A DNA stretch of 64,000 bases from the NCBI GenBank assembly GCA_964354795.1, contig CAYHBB010000040.1, positions 12,593 through 76,592 on the forward strand, given 5' to 3'. This DNA comes from an uncultured Planctomycetales bacterium (lineage in GTDB: Bacteria > Omnitrophota > Gorgyraeia > Gygaellales > Profunditerraquicolaceae). Every line of letters begins with the position of its first letter. The first letter of the stretch is position 1. This document shows positions 9,236 to 18,962 of the stretch, in pieces. The notes under the pieces are model-generated. The model did no database searches, was not told the origin of the DNA, and saw only the letters and a list, made by a program, of their open reading frames with translations. A program made the position numbers and the translations under genes.

Positions 9236-9851
9236 CCAGGGACGGTTCTCAAAACAAAGCAAAAGTGTCCCTTTTTGTTATTTATTTATGTTAGAAATTG
9301 GCACCTTGTCCGTCTATTATATTAGGAGGTGGTGAATATGACTAGGATAGCCAGGATAGCTATGGACAATGCTGTGTATCATATTATCACAAGGGGCAAT
9401 CAGAAACAAACGGTTTTTAGAGAACAACGAGATTATACGGAGTATTTATCGCGGCTGGAATTCTATAAGAAGAAATACGCCTTCAAGCTATATTCATTTT
9501 GCCTGATGCCTAACCATGTACATTTAATTATCGAGGTAGATGTTAATTCGAAGTTAAACAAGATTATGCGAGGACTAAATCTTAGTTACACCTTATATTT
9601 TAATTTCAAATATAAGACCGTTGGGCATCTTTGGCAAGATCGTTTTAAGAGTAAAATTATCGAGAAAGATACATATCTCCTAGAATGTATTAATTATATT
9701 GAAGCAAATCCTCTGCGAGCAAACCTAACATCAAATATAGAAGAATATGTCTGGAGTAGTTATGCTTTTAAGAAAAAAGAGAATACTCTTTTAGACAACA
9801 TATTCTCTTTATAGGGGGACACTTTTCGATTGAGTTGAGAACCGTCCCTGG
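9236..9851. mobile_element. RAYT/Y1-transposase element bounded by 36-bp imperfect inverted repeats
   Basis: Left 9236-9271 is CCAGGGACGGTTCTCAA-AACAAAGC-AAAAGTGTCCC. The reverse complement of right 9816-9851 is CCAGGGACGGTTCTCAA-CTCAATCG-AAAAGTGTCCC. The interior is AT-rich and oriented opposite to its neighbours. Confidence 0.8.
9329..9814 (+). CDS. REP-associated tyrosine (HUH/Y1) transposase, RAYT-like
   Basis: YHIITRGN, CLMPNHVHL (HUH), GHLWQDRFKS, YIEANP (catalytic Tyr) and YxWSSY; AGGAGG RBS. Confidence 0.9.
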   Translation: MVNMTRIARIAMDNAVYHIITRGNQKQTVFREQRDYTEYLSRLEFYKKKYAFKLYSFCLMPNHVHLIIEVDVNSKLNKIMRGLNLSYTLYFNFKYKTVGHLWQDRFKSKIIEKDTYLLECINYIEANPLRANLTSNIEEYVWSSYAFKKKENTLLDNIFSL

Positions 9852-11135
9852 CTATTCTTTTGCGAGTTTTACCAGGAGGGGCATGATATCTGTTCCGTTG
9901 ATCTGGCCGATGCTCCCAAGCTTTGCGGCTTTTTCTGAGAAGCTCATTGAGCCATCAGGCTTTATATTTCCCCCGCAGACCAGTAAAGGAACAGGATCTG
10001 CGGTGTGAGCCCTAGCTTTGCAGCTGGTAGAGTGATCTGCGGTCACCGCGATTATAGAATTCTCCAAATCAAGGCCCTGCAGCAAGGGCCCGAAGAAATG
10101 CTTGTCGATGGCTTCGATGACCTCGATCTTACGCTTACAATCTCCGTCATGCGAGGGGTCATCCGGGCCCTTGATATGGATATACAATCCATCAAAACTC
10201 TTGATACACTCAACTGCCAGCTTCCCCCATACCGGATAATCTACGTCAAAGTGACCCGTGGGCTGCGGCACATCAATGACTTCTATCCCGGTCAAAAGGG
10301 CAATCCCCTTCTCTACCGGCATCTGCACAAAGGAAGCGAATTTAAGGCCGAAGTTCTTTTCTACGGAAGGAAATTTCGGCAAGGAATCTCCGGCATCGCG
10401 CATCAATATAAGATTTCCCGCTAGCTTCCCCTCCAAGACCCTTTTCTTATTCAGCGAAGACTCATTTAAGACCTTGTTAGACTTTACAGTAAACTCATTT
10501 AACAGCTTTGCAGTCTCCCGAGCCTCGATAGATCCTTCATGGCCGGGCATGGGGATTGAATCTAAAACCAGATTCTCAAACTTCTCCCTTGCCACGCCAA
10601 AAAAACCTTGCCTGCCATAAGCCGGGTCAGTGTTAGTCACCAAACCGGACAATTTAGAGCGCACGCCGCGGATGATCAGTATCCCGCGATGGCCGATAGT
10701 GCTCTTAAACTCAAAAGTCCCGCTACTTAAGGTCACCTTTTGGTTGATCTCTTTGGCCAGCATCGCCGCGTCATCCGTAGCCAAGTCTCTGCCTACGCGC
10801 CGGTCAAGAATGGTGCGCCCGTCATCGCCAGCTGTAGCAAAGTTCACCCGCAAAGCCACATCCCCATCATTAGTAGGCACGCCTTCGGCAAAAGATTCAA
10901 GCGGCCCCCGGCCGGTATAAAACTTAGCCGCGTCATACCCTAAGAGGCTGATCACCGCGATGTCAGACTCAGGAGCGATGCCCTTTGCCACCGGATAAAC
11001 CACGCCGGTTATACCTTTCTGCGCAAGCCGGTCCATATTAGGCGTAACTGCCGCCTCAAGCGGAGTCTTGTTTTTAAGCTCTTTTAAAGGCAGGTCTCCC
11101 AAGCCGTCCAACACCACATATACTATTTTCTTCAT
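9852..11135 (-). CDS. apgM: 2,3-bisphosphoglycerate-independent phosphoglycerate mutase, ApgM type
   Basis: VLDGLGD, TPLEAAxTPNMD, PESD, YTGRGPLE, HIKGPDDPSHDG and TADHST..HTADPVP. Confidence 0.9.
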   Translation of the reverse strand: MKKIVYVVLDGLGDLPLKELKNKTPLEAAVTPNMDRLAQKGITGVVYPVAKGIAPESDIAVISLLGYDAAKFYTGRGPLESFAEGVPTNDGDVALRVNFATAGDDGRTILDRRVGRDLATDDAAMLAKEINQKVTLSSGTFEFKSTIGHRGILIIRGVRSKLSGLVTNTDPAYGRQGFFGVAREKFENLVLDSIPMPGHEGSIEARETAKLLNEFTVKSNKVLNESSLNKKRVLEGKLAGNLILMRDAGDSLPKFPSVEKNFGLKFASFVQMPVEKGIALLTGIEVIDVPQPTGHFDVDYPVWGKLAVECIKSFDGLYIHIKGPDDPSHDGDCKRKIEVIEAIDKHFFGPLLQGLDLENSIIAVTADHSTSCKARAHTADPVPLLVCGGNIKPDGSMSFSEKAAKLGSIGQINGTDIMPLLVKLAKE

Positions 11136-11160
11136 AAATTCTTAACAGCCTATTTAGCGT

Positions 11161-11197
11161 TTAGCCCGTTTGTCAAATTTTCTGACAAACGGGCTAA
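11161..11197. repeat. Perfect 15-bp inverted repeat between nrdJ and apgM
   Basis: TTAGCCCGTTTGTCA-AATTTTC-TGACAAACGGGCTAA; no U-tract follows on the minus strand. Confidence 0.7.
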
Positions 11198-11221
11198 CCG
11201 GTTTACCTATATATTAGGGCT

Positions 11222-13510
11222 CTAACACTTTGAATAGCCGCAGGCCTGGCATTTAACACAGCCTTCTTCGTGGCGCAGGGCTCCTCCGCAATCAGGGCAC
11301 ATTCCCACTATATCGCCCAGGTCATTCAGATCCGCCACAGCCGACTCATCAAAGCTAGAATGTTTCATCGCTACCTGCGATATCTCAATAGTCGCGCTCA
11401 CCGGGCTGACGTTCACCAGGCGCTTCTCTACAACGCGCGCGATAGCATCGGCGCAGGAGAATATCCTCTGGCCCTTTTCCCAGCTGGGAGAGGGACAGCG
11501 GATATTGCGCAGCTGCTCGATTATAGACTTGACTTCGATCCCAGAGCGGAATCCCAATGAAACCAGGCGGCCTAAAGCCTCAAGCTGGCTGGCAGCGCAT
11601 CCGCCGGCCTTACCCATCTGGGTAAAAAGCTCAAAAGGCTTACCCTCTTCATCCACGTTGATAGTAATATAAAGATTTCCGCATCCTGTAGCCACTTTAG
11701 TTGTGGTTCCGATAGTTACTTCCGGGCGCGGCCGGGGCGCGATCTCTTTTTTTCCGCCCACAGTCACGGAATCTTTCTTGCACTCGGCGCGGCCGATATT
11801 CAGGACCTGCTCCTCGCGGCTCTTATCGCGATAAATTGTGATACCTTTGCACCCTAACTCAAAAGCCATAACATAAGCCTGACGGACACCTTCCAGAGTC
11901 GCCTCATGCGGAAAGTTGATGGTCTTTGAGGTGGCGTTATGCACGTATTTCTGAAACGCCGCTTGCATGCGCACGTGCCACTCGGGAGTTATATCGTGAG
12001 CGGTCACAAAGACTTTCTTCACATCCTCAGGTATCGCTTTTAAATCATGCAAAGGAGTGCCGTCAGCGATTTTCTCCATCAGCTCGCGGCTATAAAAGCC
12101 CCGCGCCTTGGCCACTTCCTCGAATAACGGCTCCACTTCCACCAACTTGTCATTATCCATGACGTTGCGGAAAAAAGACAGTGCAAACAAAGGTTCGATT
12201 CCCGATGAACACGGCCCGGCAATGATGCTGATAGTTCCGGTAGGAGCGATAGTGGTAAGAGTGGCGTTACGCAGCTTCAAGCCATCCTTTTTATCATAGA
12301 TGCTTCCTTTAAATGCCGGGAAAGTGCCCTTATCTTTGCCTAACTCTAAAGATTTCTTTACTGACTCATCAAGAATAAAAGACATCACCTTTTCCGCCAG
12401 AGCCACTGCCTCATCGCTATTATAGGGAATTCCTAAGCGGATCAGCAGGCTGGCCCAACCCATTACGCCTAAGCCCACCTTGCGCGTAGCCTTGGTGGCT
12501 TTCTCGATCTCAGCTAGAGGAAACTTATTTACGTCAATAAGATTATCCAGGAAGTGCACTGCCAGGCGGGTAACCTCGCGTAATCTATCCCAATCCACTT
12601 CATAACGCGTTCCTATCTGCTTATATAAAACCGTTAAGTTAATAGATCCCAGATCACAGCTTTCATAAGGAAGCAATGGCTGCTCACCGCAAGGATTTGT
12701 GCTTTCAATGGCTCCCAGCTTAGGAGTGGGATTATGCTGATTGATGCGGTCGATAAAGATTATTCCCGGCTCTCCGTTCTTATGCGCCTGCTTAACGATC
12801 AGGTCAAAGACATCACGGGGACTAAGGCGGCCCACCGGCTTATGGGTATGCGGGTCGATCAGGTCGTAATCTTCGCCTGCCGCAAGTTTTTGCATAAAAT
12901 CATCTGTCACCGCAACCGAAATATTGAAGTTAGTGATCTTCTTGGAATCATCTTTGCAGCAGATAAACTCCATAATATCCGGATGGTCCACCCGAAGGAT
13001 CCCCATATTCGCGCCGCGGCGGCTCCCGCCCTGCTTGACCGCTTCGGTGGCGGAGTCATACACCTTCATAAATGATATCGGGCCCGAGGCGACTCCTCCC
13101 GTAGATTTCACTACTGCATTCTTAGGTCGAAGACGAGAAAAAGAAAACCCTGTGCCACCGCCTGATTTGTGGATAAGGCTGGTGATCTTAAGGGTTTCAA
13201 AAATAGATTCCATGGAATCATGGATGGGCAGCGTGAAGCAGGCGCTTAGCTGTCCCAGGTCCTTGCCGGCATTCATCAGACAGGGTGAGTTCGGCAGGAA
13301 CTCAAGCTCAGTCAAAGTATTATAAAAAGACTGCGCTAGCTCACTGACCTCTTTGTCGGTTTTGCCGTAGAGCTTGTCCGCGCTGGCAATAGCATCCGCG
13401 ACACGGTGAAAAAGCTCCTCAGGAGCCTCTATCACCTTGCCCTGTTCATCCTTCAAAAGGTACCTTCTCTCCAGCACCTTCAGGGCGTTTGCGTTAAGTT
13501 TCAATCCCAT
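11222..13510 (-). CDS. nrdJ: Class II (adenosylcobalamin-dependent) ribonucleotide reductase with C-terminal TSCPD domain and Zn ribbon
   Basis: FLPNSP, QLSACF, GGGTG, RRGANM, TNPCGEQPL, TTIAPTGTIS, CKGITIYRD; C-terminal CPDC..CQAC. Confidence 0.93.
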   Translation of the reverse strand: MGLKLNANALKVLERRYLLKDEQGKVIEAPEELFHRVADAIASADKLYGKTDKEVSELAQSFYNTLTELEFLPNSPCLMNAGKDLGQLSACFTLPIHDSMESIFETLKITSLIHKSGGGTGFSFSRLRPKNAVVKSTGGVASGPISFMKVYDSATEAVKQGGSRRGANMGILRVDHPDIMEFICCKDDSKKITNFNISVAVTDDFMQKLAAGEDYDLIDPHTHKPVGRLSPRDVFDLIVKQAHKNGEPGIIFIDRINQHNPTPKLGAIESTNPCGEQPLLPYESCDLGSINLTVLYKQIGTRYEVDWDRLREVTRLAVHFLDNLIDVNKFPLAEIEKATKATRKVGLGVMGWASLLIRLGIPYNSDEAVALAEKVMSFILDESVKKSLELGKDKGTFPAFKGSIYDKKDGLKLRNATLTTIAPTGTISIIAGPCSSGIEPLFALSFFRNVMDNDKLVEVEPLFEEVAKARGFYSRELMEKIADGTPLHDLKAIPEDVKKVFVTAHDITPEWHVRMQAAFQKYVHNATSKTINFPHEATLEGVRQAYVMAFELGCKGITIYRDKSREEQVLNIGRAECKKDSVTVGGKKEIAPRPRPEVTIGTTTKVATGCGNLYITINVDEEGKPFELFTQMGKAGGCAASQLEALGRLVSLGFRSGIEVKSIIEQLRNIRCPSPSWEKGQRIFSCADAIARVVEKRLVNVSPVSATIEISQVAMKHSSFDESAVADLNDLGDIVGMCPDCGGALRHEEGCVKCQACGYSKC

Positions 13511-13566
13511 TTCCCCCTCCTAAAATAGTAAAAAGATTAAGACGAAAGTCCAAACATCAGCAAAAA

Positions 13567-13595
13567 ATTATAACTTGGCAACATTTTATTGTCAA
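13567..13595 (-). promoter_or_regulatory. Consensus sigma70 promoter of nrdJ
   Basis: TTGACA (13595-13590), 17-bp spacer, TATAAT (13572-13567): a perfect consensus. Confidence 0.9.
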
Positions 13596-13602
13596 GACAA
13601 AA

Positions 13603-13649
13603 ATACAACAGGTTGTGTATCTTTTTGGTAAGCATACTACAAATTGTGT
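13603..13649. promoter_or_regulatory. Tandem NrdR boxes
   Basis: ATACAACAGGTTGTGT (13603-13618) and ATACTACAAATTGTGT (13634-13649) match acaCwAtATaTwGtgt at 12/16 and 13/16. They start 31 bp apart, the canonical spacing, just upstream of the nrdJ -35. Confidence 0.8.
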
Positions 13650-13674
13650 AGGAACAGCTGTTTTATCGAGGAGC

Positions 13675-14697
13675 TTACAGCGCTTTACAGGACTCGCGGA
13701 TGACTAACTCAGCAGGCAAATATATTTTCTTAAACGCGCTCTTTTTCTTGGCGTTCATCAACTGGTTCAGCTCTTTCACTGATTCCTCAGCCATTTTTAT
13801 CAGCGGCTGCCTTACGGTAGTCAATGCCACCGGGCCATACAGGCCGGAAGGATTATCGTCAAAACCCACCACAGACAGGTCCTCGGGAATATTCTTCCCC
13901 GCCTCCCTTACCACGGCCATGACTTCAAGCGCCATGGCATCAGATGCCACAAAAACCGCGGTCGCGGCATCCGGCATCTTGATCAATTTCTCAGCTGCCT
14001 GTCTGGCTTGTCCACGAGAGTAGTCCGTCTTGAATACCAACTTTTCGTTATAGGGGATCTTGTTCTTGGCCAGCGCGCTCTTATAGCCCTCGAAACGCTG
14101 GGCAGCGGCCTGTGTGACTGTGTCTCCTGCGATATGCGCGATTTTTCTGTGCCCCAGCGACACCAGATAATTCACCGCGTTCTCAGCGCCTATGGCGTTA
14201 TCGATAGCGATACAGGGCACATCCAGATCCTCGATATAATTATTGATCACGACACAAGGGATCTTAGTTTGGAGAGCCTCTTCAAGCTGATGCCGGTTAC
14301 CGATGATATCGGCGAAGATTATCCCGCCTACGCCTTTAAGATTCAAGGGAGCCCTGGTGTCAGTCAGGTGCAGCAATAGATCCAGCTTCAGCGCATCACA
14401 AAGTGTGCCCACGCCGCGGATCAACTCCAAAACGTAGAAAGAATAAAACACTCCTTCGTAGCGTGGCACGACCAAAGCCACGACATTGCTTTTTCCGGTC
14501 GCCAGGCGCTGGGCGAAGATCGAAGGCTGGAATTTAAGCTCTTTAACAGCATCCATCACCCTCACGCGGTTTTTCTCCTTTACCGTGTTCATCTTGTTGA
14601 TCACGCGCGAGACAGTAGTAATGGATACGCCGGCGAGTTTTGCTACATCCTCGATGGAAATTGCTCTGTTTGCTGCGGGGTTTCTGGTGCGAGTCAT
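13675..14697 (-). CDS. LacI-family transcriptional regulator
   Basis: SIEDVAKLAGVSITTVSRVIN HTH; LGHRKIAHI, SVVGFDD and LTTVRQP. Confidence 0.95.
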   Translation of the reverse strand: MTRTRNPAANRAISIEDVAKLAGVSITTVSRVINKMNTVKEKNRVRVMDAVKELKFQPSIFAQRLATGKSNVVALVVPRYEGVFYSFYVLELIRGVGTLCDALKLDLLLHLTDTRAPLNLKGVGGIIFADIIGNRHQLEEALQTKIPCVVINNYIEDLDVPCIAIDNAIGAENAVNYLVSLGHRKIAHIAGDTVTQAAAQRFEGYKSALAKNKIPYNEKLVFKTDYSRGQARQAAEKLIKMPDAATAVFVASDAMALEVMAVVREAGKNIPEDLSVVGFDDNPSGLYGPVALTTVRQPLIKMAEESVKELNQLMNAKKKSAFKKIYLPAELVIRESCKAL

Positions 14698-14719
14698 ATA
14701 TATGAAGACAAGTGAAGCT

Positions 14720-15889
14720 TTATTTTATTAAATCGCCGATCTTGATGGGCACATCCTGCTTCTTGATATCGCAGGCAGACACGCTCTTCGATGTCCTGAT
14801 GACTTCCAAAGCCGCGATCTTATTGCCCTCGCGGTAGACCGAGAACGTGTCGCCGTTTTCTAAGCCGGCGTCATCGCCCATATCGATGATGACAAAATTA
14901 CCTTCCTTATTTATAGCCAACACTCTTCCTGCCTGGCGGTTAGATGCCACACCCATACCCTGCGGCCGCACCACTATCGCAGGCAACTCCACCGAACCGT
15001 TTCTTTTCTGCATCTGAACCTGCGCAGCCGAAGCGCGCGCCGGAGCCTCCGCCGACACTCCGCTTTCTAACCTATCTTTAAGCTCATTGACTTGGGAAAT
15101 ATTCTCGGAAAGCAGGCCTTCTACATCCTTGAACTTGCGCTCCATAGTGCCTTTGTCTTCCTGTATCTGGCGCATTTTTTGCTCCAATTCGATCTTGCGA
15201 GAATTCAGGCCTTCAACCTGGCGAAGAAGCGTGGTGTTCTCGTTCTTAACGATCTTCATGCTATCCTGGATCTTCATCTTGTCGTTCTTTTCCGTGACCA
15301 ACTCAGTCGAGATACGGTCCAGGATCTTCTTGTTGTAATCCATCTGGCGCTTGACGTCTTCGCTTTCACGCTTGAAGCTCTTTATCTGCAACTCTAAAGT
15401 GCTCTTTTCCCGCTGCAGCTGCTCATTAGTGATGGATATGGATTTCAATTCATTACGCACATTGGTAAGCTGCATCTCCAGGTCTAGTTTAGCCTGAAGG
15501 ATGCTTCCCCAATATGCCTCATCAGCCTGCAAAACAGGCCCAGATACCGGTGCCGTGGACCCTGTCCGTGCCGATGTCCGGCGTTCTTTAAATTTCTCTA
15601 CCAACTCTTCTTTAGCCTTATTGACAGCCTCATACCTATCCTGCAAATCTTCTTTTTCCTTCTTGACCATGATCAGGTCTTTATTTAAAGAGGTGATCTT
15701 GGTTTCATAGGAGCGCAGGCTGGTTTCAAAAGAGCCGACTTTATTTTCAAGAGAGATCTTCTCTTTTTGCAGGTCATCGCGCTCGCGAGTCAGATCCTGT
15801 TTGGCTTTTAAAGCTTGGGCAAGAAAAACTGCGCAAATAAGGATAATACCGACCAATCCGAATAATAAAAATCTCGCTTTTTGTTCCAT
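14720..15889 (-). CDS. Membrane-anchored coiled-coil protein with small C-terminal beta domain
   Basis: N-terminal TM helix, long heptad region, and C-terminal GRVLAINKEGNFVIIDMGxxxGLxxGDxFxVYR (FlgT-C-like by eye). Confidence 0.6.
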   Translation of the reverse strand: MEQKARFLLFGLVGIILICAVFLAQALKAKQDLTRERDDLQKEKISLENKVGSFETSLRSYETKITSLNKDLIMVKKEKEDLQDRYEAVNKAKEELVEKFKERRTSARTGSTAPVSGPVLQADEAYWGSILQAKLDLEMQLTNVRNELKSISITNEQLQREKSTLELQIKSFKRESEDVKRQMDYNKKILDRISTELVTEKNDKMKIQDSMKIVKNENTTLLRQVEGLNSRKIELEQKMRQIQEDKGTMERKFKDVEGLLSENISQVNELKDRLESGVSAEAPARASAAQVQMQKRNGSVELPAIVVRPQGMGVASNRQAGRVLAINKEGNFVIIDMGDDAGLENGDTFSVYREGNKIAALEVIRTSKSVSACDIKKQDVPIKIGDLIK

Positions 15890-15931
15890 GGTCCTCCCTT
15901 CAAAGTAAACCTATAAATAATCCCCTAAAAA

Positions 15932-17167
15932 TTACCAAAGCCTTCCGAACGCCTTTTGCATCACAAGGCTTGCCGCGCCCAACGCCACCGCGTTCTCCCG
16001 CAACTGAGAATAAACTATTCTTAGGTCATCGGTGGTTTCGCTAAAGGCCCACTCTTTAACCGTAGCGACTACGTCTTTGAGGAAAGGCTCTCCAGCCTCC
16101 TCGAACCCGCCGCCGATGATCACTGCCTGCGGATTAAGCAGATTCACCAGATACGCGATCCTTACCCCCATCCGCGTCGCCGCTTTTTTAAGGACTGCCC
16201 TTGCCAGCGCGTCATTTGCCCGCGCCGCCATGAATATGCTTTTTAAATCCAGGGTTTCGAAAGTCGCCGACGTAAGGCTGTAGAAATCCTGCGCCTTTAT
16301 TAATTCGTGCGCCAGGGCCGCCTTCATGTCCGCGGTGATCCCAAGATCTATATCCCAGCGTTTCAGGAAACAGGGATTTCCCGCCTCGCAATTAAAGGCT
16401 TTGTCTTCTTTGTAATTGTAAACCGAAAGCTCTCCGGCATACCCCTGGGCCCCGCGGTAAACCTCACCGTTGATCATGATCCCGCAGCCCACACCCGAAA
16501 ACATATAAAGAACGTTTTTAATATTGTTATCTAAATTATGCCAGTGCTCTCCGAAACAGGCGCTGGTCGCGTCATTCTCGATAAGAGCAGGCAGATCGAA
16601 TTCCTTTTCCATCAATTCGCGCAGCGGCAGATCCAACGACTCGTAAGTATAATACCCGCCTACGCGCTGCGGCCAGTGTATGGTGCCGCTTACCTTATTG
16701 ATCAGTCCGGCGATGCCCACACCCACGCCGATGATGTCGGACGTATAATCTTTAGAGCGCCGTAGAATTTCTCTGACAATCTCTAAAAGGCAATCGCCGA
16801 TCTCTCTGACTGACGTATTTGTTCGGGCGATCTGGGTCTTGGTGACGATATTGCCTTTTAAATCCACCAGCAGGCCGACCATGTTCATCAGGTTTAAGCC
16901 TACCCCGACCACGAATCCGGCGCGCGGATTCAGATCCAGCAATACCGGCCTTCTACCGCCTTCCGAAACATCAAGCTCTTTCTCGTAAACCACATTACGC
17001 TTGATGAACTCATCGATGTAATTAGAGATGGTGACTACATTTATGCCCATCTCTTTGGAGATATCGGGACGGCTTATGGGCCCGTGCTTGCGTACGATCT
17101 CCAGTATGTCAATATTACGCCGCTCTTTCTCGGTATAGTCTTCTTTCTGTAAATCTATCTCGCGCAT
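15932..17167 (-). CDS. ROK-family transcriptional regulator
   Basis: N-terminal wHTH with GGRRP; GVGIAG, IENDA, GVGCG..GxAGE and LLNPQAVIIGG. Confidence 0.92.
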   Translation of the reverse strand: MREIDLQKEDYTEKERRNIDILEIVRKHGPISRPDISKEMGINVVTISNYIDEFIKRNVVYEKELDVSEGGRRPVLLDLNPRAGFVVGVGLNLMNMVGLLVDLKGNIVTKTQIARTNTSVREIGDCLLEIVREILRRSKDYTSDIIGVGVGIAGLINKVSGTIHWPQRVGGYYTYESLDLPLRELMEKEFDLPALIENDATSACFGEHWHNLDNNIKNVLYMFSGVGCGIMINGEVYRGAQGYAGELSVYNYKEDKAFNCEAGNPCFLKRWDIDLGITADMKAALAHELIKAQDFYSLTSATFETLDLKSIFMAARANDALARAVLKKAATRMGVRIAYLVNLLNPQAVIIGGGFEEAGEPFLKDVVATVKEWAFSETTDDLRIVYSQLRENAVALGAASLVMQKAFGRLW

Positions 17168-17271
17168 CCGGCTTTTTTCAAGTCTTTCCCCGTGGCAAAT
17201 ATTCTAGGGTTTTAACGCTAAACTTTATATTTGTAACCCTGCGATGAATACAAACATATTGTGGCTTGAAT

Positions 17272-17313
17272 TATTTATACTACTAAATACTGCGTAAGTC
17301 AAGTAAATTTACT
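17272..17313 (-). promoter_or_regulatory. Putative sigma70 promoter of the ROK gene with overlapping palindromes
   Basis: TTGACT(17302-17297)-17 bp-TATAAA(17279-17274). TATTTA-N6-TAAATA (17272-17289) overlaps the -10, and a perfect palindrome AGTAAATTTACT (17302-17313) sits beside the -35. Confidence 0.55.
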
Positions 17314-17324
17314 GATTTAGGGAA

Positions 17325-18962
17325 TTAACGCACATCGACCATACTGAAATCGCGATCGATGATATCCGGGGGAGAGATAAGGACTATGAAGACCTCTTTT
17401 GTTCCAGGTTCGCTGTAGGTAGTCTTAAATCCGACCTTATCCAGGCCAGGCTTAGTCGAGCCGGTATTGCCTGACCAATGATATTCCATGATCACCTGCA
17501 TGCATCCGGCAGTGTAAGATACGGCGCTGGATGAAATATCCACTTCTTCTTCTACCTTTACCTTTGAGGGCCCGTAGCGCAGGCCCACCTTGGTCATATC
17601 AAAACGGTTGTTCTCCGGCTTAAGAGAAGCATCAAGAAAAGTCTTGAGATTTAATTCAATGGGCAAATTTCCGCTAAGCTCCTGCTGACGGGCATTGACC
17701 AAAGCAATAGTCTCCTTGTAAAGTCCCGCGGCAAGAGTCAGAGCTTTTGCGTAATAGTCTTTTGCCTTTGCCGATTCCTCCTGCCACTGGCTCAACAATC
17801 CCAACTGGTACATCGCCGAGATCACCTGAGGCGATACAATTTCTTTATTGGCCAGCTTCTGGAAATATTCTTTTGCCCCTTCTTTATCGCGCAGGGCATA
17901 AGCGCTGATCAAGCCGATCTTATACAATGCTTCATCAGCATGCGGAGTCTGGGGGAAACGCTTGAGCAACTCGATATACATTTCACGAGCCTGTTTCCAA
18001 AGCTTGCCTTTTTCAAGATTCCAGGCGCGTATATACAACAACTCTTCATCAAATGCCTGCGGGCCTGCGGCAGCCTCAAGCTTCGCGAACATCTTCTCGG
18101 CATATTCCGAATCGCTCATGGAAGTATCATTATAGCTAAAAGACTTGGCAATATTTTTTAAAACCGAAGCCAATGCCTCTTTGTTTCCCTCTTTGTTTAA
18201 CCGCTGGACATAGGCGTCGTACACTTCTTCGGATAAATCCAGGTTGCCCTCTTTATAGAAGCCATCCGCGAGTTTCGCAAGGTCTTCGTTTTTAACCTCG
18301 CCTCCGGTCACTCTGCTGATATAGATACGGTAAAGCTCTCTTGCCCGGGCCTTTTCTCCGGAGGCAAGCAATTTATCGGCGGACAACTTTACCGGCTCTA
18401 GATCCAAGGCACTTTTGGCGTATTCGGTGGTTGACTGCATCAACGCAATAAGCGCATCCATACTGGAGACATCCTCCTGCGCGCTGTAATACTGCCACAA
18501 AAGCAGGCGGGAATAAATGTGCACCGGGTCATAGACCGCGGTAGCCTTGACCGCGGCAAAGGCATTAGCCGTTAATTCCTCGCGGTACGCGCTTCCCTGA
18601 TTAAAATACTCATCCCAAGCCTGGCTTTTTTCAAGGTAGGCCAACTGATAATACCGGGTGAGCGCGGCATAATAATGTAACGGCGCGGCAGCCAGCTGCT
18701 TCTTGGCCAGCAGTGACTTCAAAAAATCCGCTATCTCGTTATACTTACCTTCGCAACAGCAGCAATCCGCAAGATCATTAAACCTTTTAGTTATATCGGT
18801 AACCGGCTTTGTCTCGGCAATATCGGTCTTTAAAACTACGTCGCATTTGGACTGGGGGTCCTGATTGCATTTTTTGTCGCAAGGTAAATTCTGAGCAAAA
18901 CAAAAACTCAACATAAAAAACATGGCCGCAAAACAGACAAAAGTTTTCAGTATGTAATTCAT
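17325..18962 (-). CDS. Exported tetratricopeptide-repeat protein with C-terminal beta-rich (PKD-like) segment
   Basis: Signal peptide (CFA|Q); TPR-like helices (LLKRFPQTPHADEALYKIG); Cys-rich N-terminus. Confidence 0.65.
   Translation of the reverse strand: MNYILKTFVCFAAMFFMLSFCFAQNLPCDKKCNQDPQSKCDVVLKTDIAETKPVTDITKRFNDLADCCCCEGKYNEIADFLKSLLAKKQLAAAPLHYYAALTRYYQLAYLEKSQAWDEYFNQGSAYREELTANAFAAVKATAVYDPVHIYSRLLLWQYYSAQEDVSSMDALIALMQSTTEYAKSALDLEPVKLSADKLLASGEKARARELYRIYISRVTGGEVKNEDLAKLADGFYKEGNLDLSEEVYDAYVQRLNKEGNKEALASVLKNIAKSFSYNDTSMSDSEYAEKMFAKLEAAAGPQAFDEELLYIRAWNLEKGKLWKQAREMYIELLKRFPQTPHADEALYKIGLISAYALRDKEGAKEYFQKLANKEIVSPQVISAMYQLGLLSQWQEESAKAKDYYAKALTLAAGLYKETIALVNARQQELSGNLPIELNLKTFLDASLKPENNRFDMTKVGLRYGPSKVKVEEEVDISSSAVSYTAGCMQVIMEYHWSGNTGSTKPGLDKVGFKTTYSEPGTKEVFIVLISPPDIIDRDFSMVDVR

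Noticed and set aside
9229-9252. N-terminal extension MRTVPGYI of MnmG
   Set aside because: It is encoded largely by the inverted repeat of the inserted element; MnmG proteins begin just before the FAD-binding motif.
9329-9814. IS200/IS605 element with TnpB
   Set aside because: No tnpB is present, and the YIEANP..WSSY C-terminus and flanks fit a RAYT-type Y1 transposase.
11222-13510. Intein or intron in nrdJ
   Set aside because: Length (762 aa) and motif spacing are normal; no intein or LAGLIDADG signatures.
13511-13674. Cobalamin riboswitch upstream of nrdJ
   Set aside because: The promoter leaves only about 50 nt of leader and no B12 box is visible; the region is explained by the promoter and NrdR boxes.
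14720-15889. SMC or chromosome-segregation protein
   Set aside because: It is coiled coil only, with an N-terminal TM helix and no Walker A/B motifs.
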